The notes beneath the pieces were generated by a model, which saw only the letters and a list, made by a program, of their open reading frames with translations, made no database searches and was not told where the DNA came from. A DNA stretch of 32,000 bases from NCBI RefSeq assembly GCF_000195755.1, contig NC_002937.3:3270001-3302000 (forward strand), read 5' to 3'. This document shows positions 25,380 to 32,000 of this stretch, piece by piece. How positions within the stretch are numbered: the first letter of the stretch is position 1; every line of letters starts with the position of its first letter. A program made the translations under genes and the position numbers. Source of the DNA: Nitratidesulfovibrio vulgaris str. Hildenborough (lineage in GTDB: Bacteria; Desulfobacterota; Desulfovibrionia; Desulfovibrionales; Desulfovibrionaceae).

Positions 25380-25988
25380 ATGAACACCGAGAGACTCTAC
25401 CTCTACACCCGGTTCGAGCGTTTCTGGCACTGGGCGCAGACACTGCTCATCCTCGTGCTGCTGGTCACGGGCTTCGAGATACACGGCACGTACAGGCTGT
25501 TCGGCTTCGAAACCGCCTTCACGGTGCACAACGCCTGTGCGTGGACATGGTTCGTGCTCTACGCCTTCATCGTCTTCTGGATGGCGACCACAGGTGAGTG
25601 GAAGCACTATGTGCCCACCTTCCTGAAGCTCATGGACGTGGTCCGCTACTATGTCTCGGGCATCTTCAAGGGTGAGCCGCATCCGGTGCCCAAGAGCGAA
25701 CGCAGCAAGCACAACCCCCTGCAACGGCTCACCTACCTTGGCATCGTGTCGGTTCTCGTGCCCTTCCAGATGGTGACGGGCTTCCTGTACTACACCTACA
25801 ACCAGTGGCCCGCCTTCGGCTTCGCCGGGGCGCTCACCCTTCAGGTGGTGGCCGTCCTGCACACGGTGGGGGCCTTCGCCTTTCTCGCCTTCGTCATCGT
25901 GCATGTGTACATGACCACCACCGGCCATACGCTCACCGCACATATCAAGGCCATGTTCACCGGCTACGAGGACGTACCGCGCCACTAG
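25380..25988 (+). CDS. ohcC: Membrane b-type cytochrome (Ni/Fe-hydrogenase / formate dehydrogenase gamma-type, cytochrome b561 family); OhcC-like
   Basis: RFERFWHWAQTLLILVLLVTGFEIHG matches the family N-terminus with a haem-ligand His. There are four hydrophobic helices and further His residues in helices (FLAFVIVHVYMT). AGGAG RBS, 9 nt after the cytochrome c stop. Confidence 0.88.
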   Translation: MNTERLYLYTRFERFWHWAQTLLILVLLVTGFEIHGTYRLFGFETAFTVHNACAWTWFVLYAFIVFWMATTGEWKHYVPTFLKLMDVVRYYVSGIFKGEPHPVPKSERSKHNPLQRLTYLGIVSVLVPFQMVTGFLYYTYNQWPAFGFAGALTLQVVAVLHTVGAFAFLAFVIVHVYMTTTGHTLTAHIKAMFTGYEDVPRH

Positions 25989-26083
25989 GCTGCATGCAGC
26001 CCCCGTCATCCCGTATCCACCGGGTTGGCGGGAGCCTTCCAGCACCGTCCACCCGTGCGGCGCGTCTCCTCCGCACGGTCCGG

Positions 26084-26117
26084 CCGCCCGGCGCACCGTG
26101 CACCGGGCGGTTCCCTT
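26084..26117 (+). terminator. Hairpin about 95 nt downstream of the cytochrome b gene
   Basis: CCGCCCGG (26084-26091), 11-nt loop, CCGGGCGG (26103-26110), then TTCCCTT. It has a weak U-tract. Confidence 0.35.
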
Positions 26118-26171
26118 GCAGGCATCCCTGCCTGTTCAGACTTGCCGTGACACGGGCAAAGCGTATGGTAG

Positions 26172-26498
26172 GCTCGCGCGGCAACATCTCGATGCCGCCC
26201 GACGCACACACCACAAGGGAATGGCGTTCATGACTCTGTTCACGGTTCTCCCCTGACCTCTCATGCATGCGTAGGCTGCGGCTGGTGTTGCCTCGACAAC
26301 CAGTGCGGCGTATCGCATCACCTGCACGGCTACCTTCCGCGATGCCCCGAACTGCTCTGGCACGACCCGGCAAGGCGTTACATATGCCGCCTCATCCGAG
26401 ACGAGCCTTCCGGCGTCGACCTCACAGAACTCCATGCGGGCGAAGGATGCTGTGCACCGCTCAACGGCTGGCACCATGATGTGCGGCAACGCACCTGA
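26172..26498 (+). CDS. Cysteine-cluster (CxxCxxCC, YkgJ/UPF0153-like) open frame with no canonical start codon; possibly frameshifted
   Basis: This frame is not in the ORF track. It is open from 26172 to TGA 26496-26498 and reads ...PLTSHACVGCGWCCLDNQCGVSHHLHGYLPRCPELLWHDPARRYICRLIRDEPSGVDLTELHAGEGCCAPLNGWHHDVRQRT. About three quarters of third positions are G/C by my count. There is no ATG or GTG in frame before the Cys cluster. ATGs at 26221 and 26230 are in another frame that stops at 26254-26256, just after a C4 run (26250-26253). Confidence 0.35.
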   Translation, partial: ARAATSRCRPTHTPQGNGVHDSVHGSPLTSHACVGCGWCCLDNQCGVSHHLHGYLPRCPELLWHDPARRYICRLIRDEPSGVDLTELHAGEGCCAPLNGWHHDVRQRT

Positions 26499-26539
26499 AG
26501 CCACCACGTAACGGCAGCTTCAGGCATCATTCTCCGACT

Positions 26540-27088
26540 TCACACGGGAAGACGGGCCGGGAGCATCCGCCACCAGAAGTCGGTGGCGGGCAGCCTGCCG
26601 TATCCCACGCGGGCATAGAACCGTTCAAGGCTCTCCAGCGAGCGCTTCGGGTCTCCGCCGATGCGTACCCGGCCCAGCAGTGCCCTGTCTTCGGGCCGCA
26701 GCCAGTCGATACAGAACTGCAGAGGGCATGGGCGCAGCAGCGAGACGCCGCAGTCGCCATAGAGCCACGACCGTTCGAGAAGTTGGCGGGCCACGTCGCC
26801 ACCCCGGGCCTTGGGCGCCACCAGTAGCACGTCCACATAGGAGACGGGGGCGTCGTGGGTCGAAGCCATGGCGAAGCGCACGGCCTCCACGGCCTCGCGC
26901 AGGTCGTCGTGCGAGACGCCCGCGAGGTCGCCCACCATGTCCAGCGAGTGGTAGTGGATGACGAAACCGCGCAGCCTGCCCACCACCTCGCCGTCATGGA
27001 CGGCGTCGATGGTATAGGCGCGCAGACCGGAACCGCATTCCGGAGACTCTGTGAGATGCGTAAGACAGCTTGTGCGTGTCGGGTGCAT
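26540..27088 (-). CDS. GNAT-like (acetyltransferase-fold) hypothetical protein; start uncertain
   Basis: This frame has strongly GC-rich third positions. VLLVAPKARGGDVARQLLE resembles the acetyl-CoA-binding motif A, and the tail LERFYARVGYGRL is typical of GNAT proteins. ATG 27088 has no good RBS. Upstream in-frame sequence to 27313 is Arg/Pro-rich and unconvincing. Confidence 0.55.
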   Translation of the reverse strand: MHPTRTSCLTHLTESPECGSGLRAYTIDAVHDGEVVGRLRGFVIHYHSLDMVGDLAGVSHDDLREAVEAVRFAMASTHDAPVSYVDVLLVAPKARGGDVARQLLERSWLYGDCGVSLLRPCPLQFCIDWLRPEDRALLGRVRIGGDPKRSLESLERFYARVGYGRLPATDFWWRMLPARLPV

Positions 27089-27453
27089 AGATGTGGGGTT
27101 TGAGTGCCCCCGCCGAACGGCCTGGGGGGCGGGCCTGCAGCAGGGCTGCCAGCTAACACGGGACATGGGGGCGGGAACGGATGCGCCGGCATGTGCACGC
27201 CTGCAGCGTGCGACCGTTCGCCCGATGGCCATCCGTCGCCCTGTTCCGGGAGACGGAGACGTCTGCACCGGGAGGCCCCGGCACACCGGCTTGCAGCGGC
27301 ACACAGGCACCATGAGCAGACCGTGCCCGGCGCGCCACCTTCACCACCATGTCGACCGCTACGAACGCTGACGGTCGACCGTGCTCGTCGACCGCCTTAC
27401 GGCATCGACACCGCCCGCATCTTGTAAGCCGATTCCCGCCCGGACGCCAGCCC

Positions 27454-28662
27454 CTACATGAAGGGTACCAGTTCGAACAGCTTCTTACGTTGCGTCGCCA
27501 CGATATGGTAGAACTGGTTCTGCGGGATGTAGATGTGCGGCACGTCCTCTGTGCGACGGTAGAGGAAGTGCGAGAGAATCATGCGGTTGATCGCCTGATG
27601 CCCGATGAGCAGCACACCCGGTGCGTCGCCCGCGATGAAGAGTGCCCGTTTGAGCCCCCTCTCCACCCGTTCTCGCAAGGTGACGTAGCCCTCCCCCTGC
27701 GGATAGACGTAGTTGTACTTGTCACGCATGCGCGCCGCATACTGTTCAGGCATCTCTGACTGGATGTCCTCGTAGCGCATTCCCTCGCACAGCCCCGCGT
27801 CGATCTCGTCGAACTCCGGCAGTGCCATGATACGGCAGTCCGGACGGGCGGCCTTGAGCGGTGCCGCCGTCATGGACGAACGTCGCCGCGTCGAGGTGAA
27901 GATGTGCGTGACCTCGACCCGGCTGAAATGCCGTGCCAGCGCGTCGGCCTGTTCCTTGCCGTGCGCCGTGAGTTCGGGGTCGCCGCCTATGCGTCCTTCC
28001 ACGTTGTAGGTCGTCTCGCCATGGCGCACCAGATAGAGGTTGCGCACCCAGTCGGAGACGAGGATGTCGCGGATACGGTGGAAGAAGGGCACGCGCGCGC
28101 CAAGACGTTCCTCGAGGATGCGATTCTGCACCGAGTCGACACGCACCCAGCAGCACTCATCCTCCAGCGGGGCGTACATGCGCTCGTAGTAGTCCATACG
28201 CTGCCTGAAGCTGGCAATGGCCTCGGCCCGTGTCTTTCCGGCGAATTCCGGCAAGGCGGCCTTGCGTTCGAGGCTTGCTTCAAGCAGCACCGGGTCGTCG
28301 TTGCGGCATTCCACGAACAGCAACGGGTGGTCCGTGAGACGTGCCTCCAGCATGGCACGGCGGGCACGGCTGGCATTGGTCGCATCGAGAATGGCGACAT
28401 TGCCGCCCCCGGCGAGAAAGGCGCGTGCATGGGCCACGTTCTCTTGCGCCAACTCTTCGCGGCGGGCCCGCCCTTCGGCATTGTCGGGATGATAGAACTC
28501 CGGTGCCGTGGAGTCGCGCCCGAGGCGGGTGCGCCGCAACTCGCCGTTATTGAAGATGCCGACGCGCAGCCCCTCTGCCTCGAGCCCTTCGCGGATGCGC
28601 TTCGCCAGCGTCGACTTGCCACGTGCCGGAAGTCCGACCATCGCCACGTACAACTTCTTCAC
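27454..28662 (-). CDS. Bifunctional 6-phosphofructo-2-kinase / fructose-2,6-bisphosphatase (eukaryote-type)
   Basis: The kinase half has the P-loop VAMVGLPARGKSTLA (the GLPARGK signature). The phosphatase half has LVRHGETTYNVEGRIGGD (RHGE plus GRIGGD) and LLIGHQAINR. GTG 28662 is preceded by AGAGGG at 6 nt. ATG 28716, used by the ORF track, is the alternative start. Confidence 0.88.
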   Translation of the reverse strand: MKKLYVAMVGLPARGKSTLAKRIREGLEAEGLRVGIFNNGELRRTRLGRDSTAPEFYHPDNAEGRARREELAQENVAHARAFLAGGGNVAILDATNASRARRAMLEARLTDHPLLFVECRNDDPVLLEASLERKAALPEFAGKTRAEAIASFRQRMDYYERMYAPLEDECCWVRVDSVQNRILEERLGARVPFFHRIRDILVSDWVRNLYLVRHGETTYNVEGRIGGDPELTAHGKEQADALARHFSRVEVTHIFTSTRRRSSMTAAPLKAARPDCRIMALPEFDEIDAGLCEGMRYEDIQSEMPEQYAARMRDKYNYVYPQGEGYVTLRERVERGLKRALFIAGDAPGVLLIGHQAINRMILSHFLYRRTEDVPHIYIPQNQFYHIVATQRKKLFELVPFM

Positions 28663-29004
28663 GGTCAACCCTCTTGATGCAGAAATGGTGGAAAGGCCCT
28701 TCAGAAGGCACTGCACTCGCGGTCACGGCAGGCCCCTGTGCACATTCCGAAGCCTCGTCATGACGACATACCGGACGGCTTGCGCATGGGGTGCCGTGCC
28801 ACCACATAGAGGCGACGCTGCAGGCGCGTGTGACCTGATGCCGCAGGCATCGGCACCATGCATCGACAACGGAAAGCGGGCAACACGAAACGCACAACAG
28901 AGAACGGGTGACGACGAACCGACAGGCCGAGTCATGCCGCCCTCCCCCGCCCGCTCACAAGACGGTGCAAACTATGCGCGCAGCATCCACGCGACCGGAC
29001 GGCG

Positions 29005-30516
29005 TCAGCAACGTCCGTACAGGGCCGTCATCCTCGCCAGCGCCTCATAGCGTCGGAGTTCCATGTGTTCCGGCAGCATGCGCCATGACCAGTTGCCCTG
29101 CGGGATGGAGGGCATGTTCATGCGCGCCTCACCCCCAAGCCCGAGCACATCCTGCAACGGCAAGAGGCACAGCCCCGCCACGCTGCCCAGCGCCAGACGC
29201 TGCATGACCGTCGCCGCCCGGTCAGAGCCGACCTCGTGTCCGACATAGGTCTCGAAACGCCACCGGTCGCCGTCCGGCAAGGCGTCGAACCACGCCCGCG
29301 TGGGCGGGTTGTCGTGCGTCCCCGTATAGACCACCGAACGTTCCACATGCCGGAAGGGGATGTCAGGGTTGGATGCCGGGTCGCCGCCGAAGGCGAATTG
29401 CAGCACCTTCATGCCCGGCAGGGCGAAGGTGTCGCGCAATTCGCGCACATCCGGCGTGATGACGCCGAGGTCCTCCGCAATGAACGGCAAGCCCGGCAAC
29501 GCCCGTGACAGCACGGAGAACAGTTCCATACCCGGCGCGCTGACCCAGCGACCGTTGATGGCTGTCGCCTCCTCCGCAGGAATCTCCCAGAAACCCGCGA
29601 AGCCTCGAAAATGGTCGATGCGCACCATGTCTGCCAAGGCAAGGTTGCGGCGCAGCCGGCGCACCCACCAGCGGTATCCGTCGGCCCTCAACGCATCCCA
29701 GTCGTACACCGGGTTTCCCCAGCGCTGCCCGGTCTCGCTGAAATAGTCGGGCGGCACCCCCGCCACGGTGACTGGTCGCAGGTCTTCACCCAGCTTGAAG
29801 AAGTGCGGCGCAGCCCACACGTCGGCACTGTCATAGGTGACATAGATGGGCACGTCACCGATGAGGCGCACCCCCGCATTGGCGGCGACGGCGCGAAGTT
29901 CACGCCATTGGCGATGGAAGAGATATTGCTCGAAGCGCACATAGTCCATCTCCACCGACTCGCTGGCGGCCCAGTGCCCCAGTGCCGCAGGGTCGCGCCT
30001 GCACAGCTTCTCGGGCCACTCGTCCCAGCTTGCGCCGGAATGGGCGGACTTGATGGATACGAAGGCCGCATAGTCGTCAAGCCAGTGGGCCTCGGCACGG
30101 CAGAAGTCACGGAAACCGCCATCAACGGCAAGGGCACCACGGTTGCGTTCGTAGGCGGCGCGCAAGACCCGGCGCCGGTGGCTGTCCACCGCCTCATAGT
30201 CGACACGCGAAAGTGCGCCGCCTTCGCTCACACCCCCCGGCAGGTCGCCGATATCGGCCCATGAGACCAGCCCTTCGTCGGCGAGACGTTCAAGGCTGAT
30301 GAACAGCGGATTGCACGCAAAGGCCGAGGGACTCGAATAGGGTGAGTTGCCTATGAACGTCGATGTCGGATTGAGGGGGAGGAATTGCCAGCACGACTGG
30401 CCCGCCGACGCCAAGAGGCGCACGAAGGCATGGGCCGCAGGGCCGATGTCGCCGATGCCCCCGACGGATGGTAACGAGGAGAAATGCAGCAGGATGCCAC
30501 TTGCGCGCACGCTCAT
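29005..30516 (-). CDS. malQ: 4-alpha-glucanotransferase (amylomaltase, GH77)
   Basis: MSVRASGILLHFSSLPS..GIGDIGPAAHAFVRLLASAGQSCWQFLPLNP...NSPYSSPSAF, then DHFRGF and YTGTHDNPP, are GH77 hallmarks. GGAGG lies 6 nt before ATG 30516. Confidence 0.92.
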   Translation of the reverse strand: MSVRASGILLHFSSLPSVGGIGDIGPAAHAFVRLLASAGQSCWQFLPLNPTSTFIGNSPYSSPSAFACNPLFISLERLADEGLVSWADIGDLPGGVSEGGALSRVDYEAVDSHRRRVLRAAYERNRGALAVDGGFRDFCRAEAHWLDDYAAFVSIKSAHSGASWDEWPEKLCRRDPAALGHWAASESVEMDYVRFEQYLFHRQWRELRAVAANAGVRLIGDVPIYVTYDSADVWAAPHFFKLGEDLRPVTVAGVPPDYFSETGQRWGNPVYDWDALRADGYRWWVRRLRRNLALADMVRIDHFRGFAGFWEIPAEEATAINGRWVSAPGMELFSVLSRALPGLPFIAEDLGVITPDVRELRDTFALPGMKVLQFAFGGDPASNPDIPFRHVERSVVYTGTHDNPPTRAWFDALPDGDRWRFETYVGHEVGSDRAATVMQRLALGSVAGLCLLPLQDVLGLGGEARMNMPSIPQGNWSWRMLPEHMELRRYEALARMTALYGRC

Positions 30517-30724
30517 GCCTGACCTCCGTGTGGTGTGCAATGGTACCATGGGTTCCGCACGGCGTCACCGAAGAGAGTCTTCGCAGACGGCGGTATTTTG
30601 CAAGGAGAACACGCCCAGGCGGTAGACGGCATGGAGGAGGACTGACTTGCCCGGAGCCCCCTGCCCGTGCCCGCCGGGTGACGGCGGTGACTTCGAAGCG
30701 TGCAGGACGCCCGGTGGCGCCAGG

Positions 30725-31615
30725 CTAGTAATACAGGAAGGCGGGCTGGCCCATGTTCTGCGGCGGGGCGATGCCGAGTGCCGATTCGAGCACCTCGCGC
30801 ACCCACGACCGTTCCTTGGGCGGTTCGATGAACACGGGCTTTTCACCCTTGAGGTCCACAAGGGCAAGCAGCACGTCCATGGCTGCGGCTTCGCTGCCAA
30901 GCTTGTCCACCAGCCCCAGTTCAAGTGCCTGCGACCCGGTGAGGATGCGCCCGTCGGCGAAACTGCGCACCTTCTCGACCGGGATGTTGCGGTCTTCGGC
31001 AATCATGCTCACGAATTGACCGTACATCTCCATGATGATGCTCTGAAAGTAGGCGCGTTCCGCTTCGGACATGGCGCGGAAGGGCGAACCGGCGTCCTTG
31101 AGGTCGCCGGAGACGAGCGTCTGCCGTGCCACGCCAATCTTGTCCATGAGTCCCTGCACGTTGGGCATCTCCATCTTCACGCCGATGGACCCCGTGATGG
31201 TGGCAGGGTTGGCGACGATGCGGGTGGCACCCGTGGAGACCATGAGCCCGCCAGATGCGGCAAGGCTGCCCATGGAGACGACGACGGGCTTGTCGGCAGC
31301 AAGCCGTTTCACGGCATCGTGCAATTCCTGCGAGGGGGCGACAGCCCCGCCGGGCGAGTCGACCCGCACCAGCACCCCGCGCACGGTGCGGTCTTCGGCA
31401 AGCTTGCGCATCCACTCCAGTGTCTTGCGTACATCGCCGATCATGCCTTCGATGCGCACGATGCCGATGCGCGGGCCCCCGAAGGAGCCAGCATCGGTCA
31501 AATGACGAAAGGTGGCCGTGGCCCCCGTAAAGAGGGCCACCGCCACCATGATGAGCAGGAATCCGAAGATGAACGGATGCCGCTGGCTGAAAGAGAGCCT
31601 AGTTGTCGGCTGCAT
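30725..31615 (-). CDS. sppA: Signal peptide peptidase SppA, 36K type (peptidase S49)
   Basis: An N-terminal TM helix is followed by IGIVRIEGMI, VLVRVDSPGG, and MGSLAASGGLMVSTGATRIVANPATITGSIGV, which contains the catalytic Ser. The start overlaps the rpsA stop by 17 nt. Confidence 0.9.
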   Translation of the reverse strand: MQPTTRLSFSQRHPFIFGFLLIMVAVALFTGATATFRHLTDAGSFGGPRIGIVRIEGMIGDVRKTLEWMRKLAEDRTVRGVLVRVDSPGGAVAPSQELHDAVKRLAADKPVVVSMGSLAASGGLMVSTGATRIVANPATITGSIGVKMEMPNVQGLMDKIGVARQTLVSGDLKDAGSPFRAMSEAERAYFQSIIMEMYGQFVSMIAEDRNIPVEKVRSFADGRILTGSQALELGLVDKLGSEAAAMDVLLALVDLKGEKPVFIEPPKERSWVREVLESALGIAPPQNMGQPAFLYY

Positions 31616-32000
31616 CCTCTTCCAGCTTCAGCTTGAGGATATCGCCAAGGGTCTGACCGCCCACTTCGGGAGAACCGGAACGGAACTCCTTGGGCTTGCG
31701 ACGCTCTTCCTCATCCTTGAGCTGCTTGATGGAGAGGCCGAGACGACGCTCTTCCGCGCTCACATGGATGACCTTGGCCTGGATCTCCTGACCTTCCTTG
31801 TAGATCTCGGAAGGAGATTTGATCTTCTTCTGGCTGATTTCGGAGACGTGGACGAGGCCTTCGATGCCCTCTTCCACTTCCACGAACAGGCCGAAGTCGG
31901 TGATGTTGGTCACGCTACCGGTGACGAGGGTGCCCACGGGGTAGGTGGCGGGCACACGGCTCCACGGGTCTTCGGCAAGCTGCTTCACGCCGAGGGTGAA
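31599..32000 (-). CDS. rpsA: 30S ribosomal protein S1, C-terminal part (5' end beyond the right edge)
   Basis: FTLGVKQLAEDPWSRVPATYPVGTLVTGSVTNITDFGLFVEVEEGIEGLVHVSEIS...GQEIQAKVIHVSAEERRLGLSIKQL is a terminal S1 (OB-fold) repeat with an acidic/basic tail. The M of the listed ORF is an internal GTG, and the frame stays open to position 32000. Confidence 0.9.
   Translation of the reverse strand, partial: FTLGVKQLAEDPWSRVPATYPVGTLVTGSVTNITDFGLFVEVEEGIEGLVHVSEISQKKIKSPSEIYKEGQEIQAKVIHVSAEERRLGLSIKQLKDEEERRKPKEFRSGSPEVGGQTLGDILKLKLEEDAADN

Noticed and set aside
26267-26479. 70-aa plus ORF, plus the 123-aa minus ORF 26136..26507 covering the same DNA
   Set aside because: Both are Arg/Pro/Ala-rich translations with poor codon-position bias. 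The third frame, which lacks a start codon, has the CxxCxxCC motif and the GC3 signal, so these two look like frame shadows.
26467-26482. TGGCACcatgaTGTGC as a second sigma-54 promoter (along with other TGGCAC hits inside genes, e.g. near 4396, 8494 and 25434)
   Set aside because: The GG-to-GC register here is off by one, and the site lies inside the Cys-cluster frame. The other hits lack any TTGC-like -12 element and sit within coding regions.
26527-27198. 223-aa minus-strand ORF overlapping the GNAT-like gene in another frame
   Set aside because: The translation is Pro/Arg/Trp-rich and not protein-like. The overlapping frame 26540-27088 has the GC3 bias and the acetyltransferase-like motifs.

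Overview
This is a 32-kb, high-GC bacterial chromosomal segment. I counted 39/60 G+C at 18001-18060, against 27/60 inside the gene at 16423-17199. The gene content and order look to me like a Desulfovibrio vulgaris-type sulfate reducer; that is recognition from memory and cannot be verified here. I support 28 protein-coding calls, 26 of them solid, 2 tentative and 2 cut by the window edges. I also call one tRNA-Val(UAC) with its promoter and a bidirectional terminator, several hairpin terminators, and one sigma-54 promoter with candidate activator sites.

Gene order, left to right:
- class V aminotransferase (partial, minus strand) and a stand-alone HD-GYP protein
- META-domain lipoprotein
- pqiA (split into two genes), pqiB, pqiC
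- SorC-type regulator, glpD, glpF, glpK
- mdaB and a nitroreductase (minus strand), then an SDR oxidoreductase
- about 0.9 kb with no confident gene
- a low-GC orphan solute-binding protein beside tRNA-Val
- a Wza-like polysaccharide export protein and a small Cys-containing lipoprotein
- a sigma-54 PAS activator divergent from an operon for an Fe-S protein, an octahaem cytochrome c and a cytochrome b (Ohc-like)
- an unlisted CxxCxxCC open frame and a GNAT-like protein
- a eukaryote-type PFK-2/FBPase-2, then malQ, sppA and rpsA (partial)

There is no CRISPR array, transposase, integrase or recognisable defence system. The most interesting material is:
- the sigma-54-controlled Ohc-like redox module, with a five-cysteine PAS sensor and an unusual Fe-S/membrane fusion
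- a cysteine-cluster frame that has no usable start codon
- the compositionally foreign tRNA-proximal segment plus the structured non-coding DNA to its left
- the PFK-2/FBPase-2 gene
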